From sequence record NC_023610.1: a DNA stretch of 64,000 nt; one strand, given 5' to 3'. The notes below the pieces were generated by a model, which had not been told where the DNA came from, did not search any database, and saw only the letters and a program-made list of their open reading frames with translations. Within the stretch, counting starts at the first letter, position 1. Each line of letters starts with the position of its first letter. Positions 34,472 to 43,552 of this stretch are shown here, one piece after another. The translations under genes and the position numbers were made by a program.

Positions 34472-34787
34472 TACCCATCACCTCCGGTTCTACTCCTTCC
34501 GGTAAATCGCACGGCTCTAAGTCAGCCGGGTTAATGCCGAAGACCTGCTTGTCGAAATCGAAAGGACGGACATCGAAGTTATACTTCCTGAGGATGGTCA
34601 CCGTGATGGTCCCGTCTTCCGACAGCGAGTGCAACATCACGCGTTGACCGGTCGTCTTCAGGCGGTACAATTCATCGCCGACCAGGTTATATTTCTCCGC
34701 GATGTCCTGAATAACTTGTGGTCGACCGGTAATCCATTCGTACCAACCCTTCTTCTGTTCTTCTTCCCAAATTAGCCACTTCGCCAT
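34458..34787 (-). CDS. Hypothetical phage protein
   Basis: ATG34787 with SD GGAG, 109 aa. Confidence 0.7.
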   Translation of the reverse strand: MAKWLIWEEEQKKGWYEWITGRPQVIQDIAEKYNLVGDELYRLKTTGQRVMLHSLSEDGTITVTILRKYNFDVRPFDFDKQVFGINPADLEPCDLPEGVEPEVMGNEEE

Positions 34788-34800
34788 TTTACTTACTCCC

Positions 34801-34834
34801 AAAATAAAAAATAGAGAAGGGACCGAAGTCCCTT
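34801..34834 (-). terminator. Intrinsic terminator (cUUCGg loop)
   Basis: AAGGGAC-TTCG-GTCCCTT plus U tract. Confidence 0.75.
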
Positions 34835-34842
34835 GCTCGAGG

Positions 34843-35199
34843 TTAGTGCGTGACGCGAGAGATTGTTAACCCGCCACGTTTGGATTTCGTCAGGTCGTAG
34901 TTCACTTGGGTGTACTTTTCCATCCCGGTAGCTTTAACCTGGGTCTTACCTTTCTTAGACTCCATGGTGACACTGAAGTCGAGGTGCATGGTTTCCGCCA
35001 CGTTCATCAGGTAGTTCAGCGAGAACGTGTGGTAGCGCCCATTACGGATAGCGCAGATAGCGTAATACTGGATACCGAGAGATGCGGCGATATCACGCAT
35101 GGTAGCCTCTTGCGCTAACTTGTCGAGCAAGTAGCTGAGGCGAACACCGAAAAAGTTACGGGCTTCTACAAGAGCTTGATTCTTAATACGTTTTGACAT
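34843..35199 (-). CDS. XRE-family (HigA-like) HTH regulator
   Basis: IAASLGIQYYAICAIRNGRYHTFSLNYLMNVA matches the XRE/HigA pattern. Confidence 0.7.
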   Translation of the reverse strand: MSKRIKNQALVEARNFFGVRLSYLLDKLAQEATMRDIAASLGIQYYAICAIRNGRYHTFSLNYLMNVAETMHLDFSVTMESKKGKTQVKATGMEKYTQVNYDLTKSKRGGLTISRVTH

Positions 35200-35211
35200 T
35201 AGTTCGGTCCT

Positions 35212-35700
35212 TTAAATAAGAGGTTGAACGAGGGTAGCGTTATAGCCTTTCTCAGTAGGAAGGCGATTTTGGTCATCTGCCAGAATCAACTGGACAAGTC
35301 CGTGAGTCGGCAGACAAACTTTCTGGTTGACGGCAAAGTAGGCTTTCTCTTTGATGCTCTCTGGCGTCAGGGTGCGTAACATACAGCGGCGAAGGCTACT
35401 GCGGTTATGGTTGTCGCTACGGCTGTCCACCACCTTGAACGTGAACGGAACGTCCAGCTCGAAGGGTGCGCCATTTACCAGTGCATCAATGAAGTCTTTC
35501 AGATACCGACTGGACTGCGATAATGCACTGGCTCCCGTAAGGACAACCTCGGGGAGTTTGAGTGTGGTGAGTCCCACGGTGTAGATAAAGTTATTCGCCC
35601 CGTTCTTCGGGTCACGGACTTCAATCGGAACCCAGCCTCTTTCTGCGACGGCACTGCGAACGTTAGAATAGAGCTGGTCCAGTTCCTTGCGTGTACTCAT
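35212..35700 (-). CDS. DUF4262-like protein
   Basis: GW....V...F.YTVGL...LPEVVL.G pattern. Confidence 0.65.
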   Translation of the reverse strand: MSTRKELDQLYSNVRSAVAERGWVPIEVRDPKNGANNFIYTVGLTTLKLPEVVLTGASALSQSSRYLKDFIDALVNGAPFELDVPFTFKVVDSRSDNHNRSSLRRCMLRTLTPESIKEKAYFAVNQKVCLPTHGLVQLILADDQNRLPTEKGYNATLVQPLI

Positions 35701-35735
35701 GAAAACCTCAGTAGGGAGGGAAGCCCCTCCCGACG

Positions 35736-36203
35736 TTATGCCGCGATGTTGCGGAAGATAGATTGCGCAAACCCAAACACGCGTTCCGGGTCAGTCCCGG
35801 TGGCGTTGTGTTCTTGCAGCGCCTGGCGGAAGTAGTCGCTCAGCTTACCGCTGCGACTGATGATGGGACGGTCGGAGAAGGCAAGCCATTCTTCGTCGTC
35901 AATGGAAACAACGGTTGGGGAACCCCAGACGATGGCGTCAAAGGTCAGACCGTAGTTGTTCTTCAGGTCATCACGGATGACTTCAGCGTAATGGCTGATG
36001 CGATGAATTTTACCTGGGCTGTTACGGGTTAATTGAAAAACCTCCAGACCGGCGTCGGTGAGGACAACCGCGGAGTAAGGCATGTGGCGAGCGTTGTGGC
36101 TCATGCGAAGGAGAACACTGCGTTTCTCATCAGTACCAATGACGGAGATTTCGCGCAGCTTCCCTTCTGATAGGCGAATAGTGACTGTCATTAACGAGGA
36201 CAT
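35736..36203 (-). CDS. Hypothetical protein
   Basis: 155 aa; start at 36203 or 36191. Confidence 0.65.
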   Translation of the reverse strand: MSSLMTVTIRLSEGKLREISVIGTDEKRSVLLRMSHNARHMPYSAVVLTDAGLEVFQLTRNSPGKIHRISHYAEVIRDDLKNNYGLTFDAIVWGSPTVVSIDDEEWLAFSDRPIISRSGKLSDYFRQALQEHNATGTDPERVFGFAQSIFRNIAA

Positions 36204-36625
36204 GGTTTCTTACCCTTACAGTTTGGTTGGCAGTATTTACCAAACCCTGTTATGGTTGTTAAGTTAACAGGGAAATCAGAGATAACAGGGTTAACCCGAC
36301 CGCAACCTTGACATTTAGCCAGCCGAATATTGTCGGGGACAAAGACCATCAGTGGATTACTTTTAAATTCTTCACGGATGAGGCGGTCGTTGGTTATGGC
36401 GGTGGTTTCCCTACAGGTGGTGCAGTACTTGTAAATTTTGTCGCGGAACGTGAACTCCGCAATGTCGAGCTGTTCTTTACAGCACGGACATTCTTTCTCG
36501 GTGAGGACCTCCTTCACTTTGGTGACCCGAGGTTTCTTAACGTCCTTGTTGGCAGTACCGGCTTTGATAGGGGTACTGTGAAAGAACTGGTTCGGGTCAT
36601 ACTGGTTGCCGTTACGGTCTAACAT
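36191..36625 (-). CDS. Double zinc-finger protein
   Basis: CPCC...F...CTTC and CQGC...F...CQPNC; ATG36625 with SD AAGGA. Confidence 0.6.
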   Translation of the reverse strand: MLDRNGNQYDPNQFFHSTPIKAGTANKDVKKPRVTKVKEVLTEKECPCCKEQLDIAEFTFRDKIYKYCTTCRETTAITNDRLIREEFKSNPLMVFVPDNIRLAKCQGCGRVNPVISDFPVNLTTITGFGKYCQPNCKGKKPCPR

Positions 36626-36673
36626 TTGATATTCCTTATTAGCGGTCAATGCCGCGATGGTAAATGGTGTTGG

Positions 36674-37066
36674 TTACAGCTTGATAACTTTGTCAACGAG
36701 CATGTAGGATGGTTCGTCGTCAAAATACCCTTCGCTACTTGCAATGCGGTAGTGTTTCCGTGCTTCACGTGACGTGGCCACTTGACCGGTTTTGCGATGG
36801 AACTCCTGCTGACGTTGTATGTTTGCCAGATAGTCGACTTGGTGTTTGTCGAGTGCCTGAATGGTTTCTTCTACATCGGAGACCGGGAGACTAAAAGCGT
36901 GTGCAATCATCTCATCGGTGAAGTTGTTCTCACGCATCTGGTGAAAGCTTTCGTACGGGGCGTATTGTAAACCAGCAACCGCCCGACTACGTTCTGAGTC
37001 GATACGGTCCGACTCCATCAGAATGTCCAAACACTCACGACGTTCGCTTTCGAATTGTTCGCTCAT
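36674..37066 (-). CDS. HTH-like protein, tandem paralog A
   Basis: NFTDEMIAHAFSLPVSDVEE; aligns with the adjacent ORF. Confidence 0.65.
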   Translation of the reverse strand: MSEQFESERRECLDILMESDRIDSERSRAVAGLQYAPYESFHQMRENNFTDEMIAHAFSLPVSDVEETIQALDKHQVDYLANIQRQQEFHRKTGQVATSREARKHYRIASSEGYFDDEPSYMLVDKVIKL

Positions 37067-37524
37067 GGTAGTCTCCCGAAACCATAGTCACTTTGTGGAG
37101 GGAAGTCGGGGTACAAGCTGTACATCGACTCATCAAAAGGTTTGTCGCTAAGGACGTAATCCCCCGCCCCGGCGTACGAGTATTCGCGCTCAACCCGGTA
37201 GAAGTGTCGGGTGTTTTCGGAATGGACCGACTTACCGTGGGTCTGTTCGAACGCCGCTGATTTCTCGTTCCACTCGCGCATTTCACCACGAAACTTCTTC
37301 ATGGCAGCGAGAACATTCTCAATGTCATCGTGCGACATGGTGAATGCCTGAGAAACCATCTCGACCGTCATGTAGTTATCGAGCATCTTCTGGATTTCGT
37401 AAATCGGGTCACCTTCATACGGTGCTACTGCATTCTGATACTCCCGGTCTATCTTTATCCATTCGTTTAATAGCTCAACATATTCCCGTCGGGTCATTTC
37501 CCAACGGCGCTGGAAGATATCCAT
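37063..37524 (-). CDS. HTH-like protein, tandem paralog B
   Basis: YMTVEMVSQAFTMSHDDIEN; SD AGGAGG. Confidence 0.65.
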   Translation of the reverse strand: MDIFQRRWEMTRREYVELLNEWIKIDREYQNAVAPYEGDPIYEIQKMLDNYMTVEMVSQAFTMSHDDIENVLAAMKKFRGEMREWNEKSAAFEQTHGKSVHSENTRHFYRVEREYSYAGAGDYVLSDKPFDESMYSLYPDFPPQSDYGFGRLP

Positions 37525-37532
37525 GTTACCTC

Positions 37533-38135
37533 CTAGTGACAGTTAACGTGGTTGTACTCTTCGGCCATCAGCTGCTGAATACGTTGTTTGATGCCGTCGC
37601 TCTCAACGCCCGGGGGGTTGATGACATCGACAAACGTGATGCCGTGCTGACGCAAGAGTTCCATGATACCGGACAGCCCTTTCTCTTCCGCCCCTTCGAT
37701 ATCAATCTTCGCAAACGCTCCGCCGTAGATTTCACCCGGTGGAACATAGTGGTCAATTTCAATCTTCAGTTCGTTCATCGGAATGGAGTGGCGGAACTTG
37801 TGGTGGATGTTCCCGGCAAAGGCAAGGACCTGACGGAAGCCGTGTTCGTCAATCACCACTTCGGTTTCAATACATTCGCTGTTGATGGAACCGGCAGTTC
37901 GAGGGAGACGGAACTTGGTGGCGGCCTCGTACAGTTCTTTATCGGTTTCCCCACGGTCATCAAAGGTGACAGTACGGCGAACGCGGTTGGTAACACGCAT
38001 TCCTTTATCGGTAGTCGAGTTTGTCTCGGCCTGAATCATGTACTGGGCATTACCGCGTTTACTGTTCAACATGGCTTTGGACCCGGCACCCAACATGACA
38101 AACAAACATAACTCTGCTTCTTTGGCAGTACTCAT
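37533..38135 (-). CDS. CYTH/triphosphate-tunnel-metalloenzyme-like protein
   Basis: N-terminal EAEL (ExE), RVRR, YEAATK, HKFR, EIDHY and KIDIE in CYTH order. Confidence 0.6.
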   Translation of the reverse strand: MSTAKEAELCLFVMLGAGSKAMLNSKRGNAQYMIQAETNSTTDKGMRVTNRVRRTVTFDDRGETDKELYEAATKFRLPRTAGSINSECIETEVVIDEHGFRQVLAFAGNIHHKFRHSIPMNELKIEIDHYVPPGEIYGGAFAKIDIEGAEEKGLSGIMELLRQHGITFVDVINPPGVESDGIKQRIQQLMAEEYNHVNCH

Positions 38136-38168
38136 GACAAAATCCTTATTAAGGTTAAGTTCAAGTAA

Positions 38169-38176
38169 GTAATATA
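38169..38176 (-). promoter_or_regulatory. Early promoter TATATTAC
   Basis: Exact motif 34 nt upstream of the CYTH-like gene. Confidence 0.75.
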
Positions 38177-38343
38177 GACCTCAGTCCGAATGCAAAATAA
38201 AAGCATATTCGGGGAACAGACCCGGATATTATTCACGGGTCTATTCAAGGGGTGAATTGGTAAAGTTATCTTTTGGTCTGTTCGCTACTGCGGGTGCGAA
38301 CAAGATGACTTTATTAATTTTTCCGACTTTATTGCCGAAAAGA

Positions 38344-39042
38344 TTAGGTTCGTGAGGCTGTAACAAATTCCATCTGGTGCTCGAAGGCAGTCAGCATGGT
38401 AATCTCGCGGTAGGCTCGCTTATGGCTCTCAACCATCTGGCGGGTGAACTTGCGAAATTCAGCTACAGTCCGTGGCTTCCCATTCTCTTTCAGGAAATAC
38501 CGTTTATTTTTCGACGGTGATGTTCGGGCCGCTTGATAGGCGACGCGATTACTTTTGGCACTCAGGATTTTCATCGCTCCGCCTGGTCCTAGCAGGTGGG
38601 CGGTATAAACCTCGGCGGTACTAACAGGCCGACCAAGTCGACTCTCCAGGATACCACGGTTCTCCTTGATGTATTCGGCAGTCATAAGCAGGTTGGCGCG
38701 GGGATTGGATTTCCGAGTCTTCATGGAAAGCCCATATTTTTTCCCGTACGTCTTTAGCATCGCGAGCCAGGTGCTGTCAATAAAGGCACCCATTCCGGCA
38801 GCGCTACTACCCTCACCGTTCTTTGCTTTGGGGTTGAACTTCGACTCAATGCTGATGAAGGTCACCAGCTCCATCGGGTCGACCCCGGTTTGGTTAGCGA
38901 CTTGTAACACTAACTTGCCGTACTTCTCCATCCCGGCGTAATTGACCTTCACGGGTCCGGTACTGGTGGTCGCCATTGCCGGTGCCGTTAACAGGCCAAG
39001 GGTCAGCAAAAGGGTGCTGAGCCAGAGCGTAAAGATGCGCAT
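38344..39042 (-). CDS. Lytic transglycosylase (phiKZ gp144-like catalytic domain) with Sec signal peptide
   Basis: IES catalytic Glu, SSA.G, TW..M, KEN and Y.AH.LGPGGA; N-terminal MRIF-hydrophobic-AMA. Confidence 0.85.
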   Translation of the reverse strand: MRIFTLWLSTLLLTLGLLTAPAMATTSTGPVKVNYAGMEKYGKLVLQVANQTGVDPMELVTFISIESKFNPKAKNGEGSSAAGMGAFIDSTWLAMLKTYGKKYGLSMKTRKSNPRANLLMTAEYIKENRGILESRLGRPVSTAEVYTAHLLGPGGAMKILSAKSNRVAYQAARTSPSKNKRYFLKENGKPRTVAEFRKFTRQMVESHKRAYREITMLTAFEHQMEFVTASRT

Positions 39043-39089
39043 GTGGTAGTCTCCAAGTTAGGGGAGTCGCCACTCCCCTTAAATTATTA

Positions 39090-39716
39090 TCAGTCTTGCT
39101 CGACTGGATTAAAGTAAGCTCCCATGAAGAACGTTGGGTCTTCGTAGTCATTGAACAGAACGGTTTTACGTTCTGGGGTATTATAAATCGCAAAGATGTC
39201 CGAGCCCATGGAACCGTGTTGGGCCATGATACTCAGTGCATACATAAGTTCGCTTGGATTGAACAAATCCGGCGTTTTAGTGTCATCTTCACGCGGTGCA
39301 GGGAGGTCTTCACCTTCTTCAAAGCAGAGGAAGGTCTCCGGCATATCGTTCACCCACCAGGCAAGGACACGCTTGTTGTCGCCGTGTTCCAGGATGAGGT
39401 GACTGGACGTTTCGCTGTGGTGATACCCCAGTTTCTTGAAGTCAGGGTACAGGGCAATGAGGTGGAAGAAACGGTACTGCACGTAATCTTCACCCATCAT
39501 CCCGGCTAAATCGGTTAACGCGCCAGCAGACCCGTATTGGGTAATCGCAGGCGAGGTTGAATACTCTTCCGGGCGGGGTAACAGCGGAGCAGGAATCGGG
39601 AAACGTACCGGAGTACTGTCACCCGTCAATGCTGTCAGGTCAACGACTGCTACGTTGTCTTCAAACTTGACGACACCACCACGGCGAACCGTCACCTTAG
39701 GTAAAGGCTTGTTCAT
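39090..39716 (-). CDS. Hypothetical protein
   Basis: ATG39716 with SD GGAG. Confidence 0.7.
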   Translation of the reverse strand: MNKPLPKVTVRRGGVVKFEDNVAVVDLTALTGDSTPVRFPIPAPLLPRPEEYSTSPAITQYGSAGALTDLAGMMGEDYVQYRFFHLIALYPDFKKLGYHHSETSSHLILEHGDNKRVLAWWVNDMPETFLCFEEGEDLPAPREDDTKTPDLFNPSELMYALSIMAQHGSMGSDIFAIYNTPERKTVLFNDYEDPTFFMGAYFNPVEQD

Positions 39717-39732
39717 GTTCTTCTCCAGAAAC

Positions 39733-39765
39733 AAACAAAAAAGAAACCGGCGCGTGGACGCCGGT
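39733..39765 (-). terminator. Intrinsic terminator
   Basis: ACCGGCG/CGCCGGT stem plus U tract. Confidence 0.7.
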
Positions 39766-39860
39766 CAGGGAAAGACCTACTTGCTTGCTGACACAAGCGG
39801 TAGGCGAATGAGCCATGTAGTTCGTTATTTTGTTCACAACAAAGAACACGGCCGTAAATT

Positions 39861-40196
39861 TTAACTAGGGGCCTTCATCCCCGGTTCCATCACAAAGTCA
39901 ATCGACGTGATGGCACTGATTTGACGACGGCGGTACTTTCCCGGATAGACCTGGTGTTCCAGAATCAGACCCCGGGCTTTCCGATAGGTCAGGTAGTTGT
40001 GCAGGCGGGAAAAGAGAACGTCGAGTTCAGCTTTCCCCATGGAGATGTGACATTTATCTTCAACCAGTTCTTCCATGAAACCGCGCCATTCTTTCGAAGG
40101 GATAACGTAGAACCCTTTGTCGACTTGACGCTTCAGTTTCAGGATATGGCGATGTAACTTCTGGGCCTGGGCGTGAGTGAGAGTTAATACTTTCAT
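39861..40196 (-). CDS. Hypothetical protein
   Basis: 111 aa, ATGA overlap. Confidence 0.65.
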   Translation of the reverse strand: MKVLTLTHAQAQKLHRHILKLKRQVDKGFYVIPSKEWRGFMEELVEDKCHISMGKAELDVLFSRLHNYLTYRKARGLILEHQVYPGKYRRRQISAITSIDFVMEPGMKAPS

Positions 40197-40567
40197 GCTT
40201 GCGCTCCTGCTTCCATAGCACGTAATTCGGATGGTAAGAGGTAACCAGTTCGAGACATGGCTTCAACCTTCGAGGCGACTTCGACGTCGCCAATTGGAAG
40301 TTTGATGCACACGCCGATGTCAACCCGGTGTACGATAAACCCTACACGTTCCAGGTGGGTCGCAAGTGCCCACTTGATTTCACCGCTATCCGTGAACATG
40401 GCGTTCTGAAGATAGTTGTAGATGTGGAAGTAATCGTACTCAAACAGTTCCTGTACTGTCTGTTCACCAAAGTGAATCGCAGGGTCTGCACACAGCATGT
40501 TAAGACGGGAGATGACAATCGAAGCCTGGCGAGAGAGTTCTTCTTTGCAGCGGAATAATACGGTCAT
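40193..40567 (-). CDS. Hypothetical protein
   Basis: 124 aa, SD AAGGA. Confidence 0.65.
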   Translation of the reverse strand: MTVLFRCKEELSRQASIVISRLNMLCADPAIHFGEQTVQELFEYDYFHIYNYLQNAMFTDSGEIKWALATHLERVGFIVHRVDIGVCIKLPIGDVEVASKVEAMSRTGYLLPSELRAMEAGAQA

Positions 40568-40607
40568 GGTAAGTCCTTAGCGGCTAGCCGCGATGATAAG
40601 TTAAGAA

Positions 40608-40976
40608 TCATTCTTTAACGCGATAGATTTCCAGGGTGTGTTTGTTGCCGCTAGTGCGTGCGCGCACATAAACTGCAAACGGAGTCAGGCGAGTAGAAGT
40701 ACCACGCCATACACCTTCAAACACGTCAACACCCATAGTGACAACGGCCTGCATACGACTACTTTCACTAATCAGGCCTTTGATTTTCAGGAACGTTTCG
40801 ATTTCCTGGTGAATCTGGTACTGTTGCGTTTTCAGGATTGGACCTACCAGTACCGGCATTTCCATAAAACCTTTGCAGAAGTCCAGTGACACATTGTCAC
40901 CCCGAAGAAGGAAGTGAGAACGGTCGATGCGGCTGAACTTGAGTACTTCTTCTTTCAGGGTGATGTGACTGAACAT
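40608..40976 (-). CDS. Hypothetical protein
   Basis: 122 aa, SD GGAG. Confidence 0.65.
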   Translation of the reverse strand: MFSHITLKEEVLKFSRIDRSHFLLRGDNVSLDFCKGFMEMPVLVGPILKTQQYQIHQEIETFLKIKGLISESSRMQAVVTMGVDVFEGVWRGTSTRLTPFAVYVRARTSGNKHTLEIYRVKE

Positions 40977-40994
40977 AATTATTCTCCGTAGTTT

Positions 40995-41017
40995 AAAAAA
41001 GGAGCCACTGGCTCCTT
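40995..41017 (-). terminator. Intrinsic terminator
   Basis: AAGGAGCC/GGCTCCTT stem plus U tract. Confidence 0.7.
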
Positions 41018-41023
41018 GAGGTT

Positions 41024-41653
41024 TTAGTTTACAATGTTGAGTGTTTCAACGTCTTCGATAATCCAGATGCCGTCGCTACCCATTCCCCAAGAACGCGGGG
41101 CTTGGTAAACTTCAATCATCAGGGTTTTAGCCTGGTACTTAAATACTGCCATGCGGCACGGTTTCGCCAGCGCATGTTGAATTGCAGCTGGCAGCACCAC
41201 GCCCAAATAATCCGGTTTGATGAAGGAGCCGTTCTCGGCAGTAGTGTCATCAAAGCAGAACTTCTTGCCGTTGGCTTCGTAGGTGCTGAAACCTTTCTCG
41301 CTACTAACCAGTTTAGCGACCTGGGCTTCTTCTGCTTCTGGTGCGTTAACGTCTAACGCAAACCAGGTCATGGCAGTTTCCCCGACCAACATTTCTTCGA
41401 TAGGACCGGCCATGATTAACGCTGCTTGTTTCCCGTTGAATTCCTGGGTAACGTAACCAGCGACCCAGTTATTTTTGGCGATATCGTTTTTGATACCGTC
41501 GAAGATTGGGAACGGGAATTCGCCACCCAGGTTTACTTTACCGACGTTAGATTTGTTTTTGTCAAACACGTAATCTTTGCCAGCGACGGTAACAACCAGT
41601 TCATTTTTACCGTTGACATTCACGTTTACGTTTGCGTTGTTAGATGCGTTCAT
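41024..41653 (-). CDS. Hypothetical protein with probable internal duplication
   Basis: VAGKDYVFD vs ANGKKFCFD halves; SD AAGGA. Confidence 0.7.
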   Translation of the reverse strand: MNASNNANVNVNVNGKNELVVTVAGKDYVFDKNKSNVGKVNLGGEFPFPIFDGIKNDIAKNNWVAGYVTQEFNGKQAALIMAGPIEEMLVGETAMTWFALDVNAPEAEEAQVAKLVSSEKGFSTYEANGKKFCFDDTTAENGSFIKPDYLGVVLPAAIQHALAKPCRMAVFKYQAKTLMIEVYQAPRSWGMGSDGIWIIEDVETLNIVN

Positions 41654-41749
41654 GATATTTCCTTAGAGCGTATTTGCTCGATGATAGAAAAGATAATAAG
41701 TGGGAGAATTCCCTGAGTGAAGCAAGGTATAGTACCCTAATTCACCCAG

Positions 41750-41757
41750 AGAATATA
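41750..41757 (-). promoter_or_regulatory. Early-promoter variant TATATTCT
   Basis: AAGTATATATT context identical to the 10219 promoter. Confidence 0.4.
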
Positions 41758-41761
41758 TACT

Positions 41762-42382
41762 TCAGATTTGTTTGGAACGGGTTTGAAACTCCGTGTCCGA
41801 CATGTCCGATAATTGCGCTTTGGCAATCTCGACCAGACGCAGATACCGCATGGTAAAGGCTTCGCGGTAAATCTTCGCCGAGACCTCTTCCTGATACGCA
41901 CTTTGTTCCAGCTCGCATAGCTGGTTCCAAAATGTCAAATCGAGACATCCTTCCTTCCCTGCAAAATAGTTACGAATGCGGCCACAGAAACGAATCCCCA
42001 TTTCCCGGTAGGCGACCTGTTCAACGCCAGCTGTCACGTCCCTCAAGTTAAACCAGACGGGTGGCAGCTTTTTACCGCGGGTGGTACTGTAGGATATCGT
42101 GGAAGCAACTTCGTTAATCTTGCCAACCATCCCGTGGTAGGTCCCCTGGCGACTCGCCAGACTCATCGGGATAAGGACGCGGAGACGAAGGGACAAGGGG
42201 AGTGCCTTCCAGGTGTGGTTGTTGCGTGTCCACTCGATGATACCTCGGACGAAGCGACAGCTGTCGCGGTTAGTGGGTAACTTCAGCGCCATCTCACGGA
42301 AGTTCTGTAATACCTGAATTTCCATGTTAACGAGATAGGCTAACGCCAACGAACTGCGTAAAGCACCATGGGAGTGAATCAT
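41762..42382 (-). CDS. Hypothetical protein
   Basis: 206 aa, ATGA overlap. Confidence 0.6.
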   Translation of the reverse strand: MIHSHGALRSSLALAYLVNMEIQVLQNFREMALKLPTNRDSCRFVRGIIEWTRNNHTWKALPLSLRLRVLIPMSLASRQGTYHGMVGKINEVASTISYSTTRGKKLPPVWFNLRDVTAGVEQVAYREMGIRFCGRIRNYFAGKEGCLDLTFWNQLCELEQSAYQEEVSAKIYREAFTMRYLRLVEIAKAQLSDMSDTEFQTRSKQI

Positions 42383-42867
42383 CAGAAGTCTCCGTAGCTT
42401 AAACCGGAGTCAATGCGCTCTTCACGGAACAGCGTCATGACTTTCACGGCATTGTTGTAGACCGTCGTGTTAGAAGACAACACGTGCTTACAATAAGCGT
42501 CGTAAAACTCGACTTCCGTAAATTTGGCATCCTTCGCCATTTTCAGTGCGCGGTCAATCAACTTCACTTCCCAGCGCGGGTCTTGCAGGAATTCAACCCA
42601 GACATGACGCAGGACATGGTACGTTTTGGTCACTAGTGGGGTGTCCCAGAAAACCTTATCATTCAGGTCGGCCTTCAGTTCTTCTGCAACCTGGATAGTG
42701 CGGCACGGGTGCATGTCCAGGAACGGGAGGTCTAGTCGCGCAAGTCGGACAAACCCGAGAAGTTCTTTAGCACGAACAACTTCAATATCAGAAACACTGA
42801 CCTCGCTGCGTACAGGCAGGGAAGCAAAAGAACGAACAGGATGTAGGGTACGTACTTCATTAACCAT
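42382..42867 (-). CDS. Hypothetical protein
   Basis: ATG42867 with SD GGAG; the track's TTG start sits in a terminator tail. Confidence 0.6.
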   Translation of the reverse strand: MVNEVRTLHPVRSFASLPVRSEVSVSDIEVVRAKELLGFVRLARLDLPFLDMHPCRTIQVAEELKADLNDKVFWDTPLVTKTYHVLRHVWVEFLQDPRWEVKLIDRALKMAKDAKFTEVEFYDAYCKHVLSSNTTVYNNAVKVMTLFREERIDSGLSYGDF

Positions 42868-42940
42868 GGGTAATTCTCCGTCATTTCTTCCTTCGACTCG
42901 AAAAGTAAATCTCAAATTACATACGAAGACCCGATGCGTC

Positions 42941-42975
42941 AAAAAAAAAGAGAGGGGCGCAAACCCCTCTCTTTT
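42941..42975 (-). terminator. Intrinsic terminator
   Basis: AAAGAGAGGGG/CCCCTCTCTTT stem with A9 tract. Confidence 0.85.
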
Positions 42976-43552
42976 AGCGTATGACTCGTCGGATGGCGGC
43001 TAACACCTGTTCCAGGATATCGAAGTTGACGTAGGCTTCATTGAAGGCTAACTGAATCGCATCCACGTAACAGTCGTACTCCCCGAACTGAAGGAGCGAC
43101 TCGTCCATCTCATCCCACCAAACAGCGGAGTGTTCTTCGAAGGCGGCGTGTAGTGCGCCGTTAAATCCGTCGTTCAACTCCCGCAGTTTCTCGCAGTATT
43201 CAACAAAGATGCTGCGGATGTCTTCGGGGGTATCCGGGTGCGTGATTTGAATCACCAACTCCTGATACAGGGCCGGACGATTCTTTCGCATCAGCGAATA
43301 ACTGAGTTCTACCTGGGCGTGCTCTTCACCCAGCAGGATGAACTGTTCCATCACACTACCCAGTTCAGGAGCCCAGCGCAAGCGGATGAAGTTAGCATGT
43401 TCACGTGGGAGTTCGTTCACTAACCGGTACAACTTGGTGGAGTCTGCTGAAACGGAGAACTTCTTGTCCAACAAATGCATGATGTCGTTGTACAGAAACT
43501 CTAACGATTCAAGTGAGGTACGTGATTGTCTACCACGCTTGGATTCAGTCAT
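42974..43552 (-). CDS. Hypothetical helical protein
   Basis: 192 aa. Confidence 0.7.
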   Translation of the reverse strand: MTESKRGRQSRTSLESLEFLYNDIMHLLDKKFSVSADSTKLYRLVNELPREHANFIRLRWAPELGSVMEQFILLGEEHAQVELSYSLMRKNRPALYQELVIQITHPDTPEDIRSIFVEYCEKLRELNDGFNGALHAAFEEHSAVWWDEMDESLLQFGEYDCYVDAIQLAFNEAYVNFDILEQVLAAIRRVIR

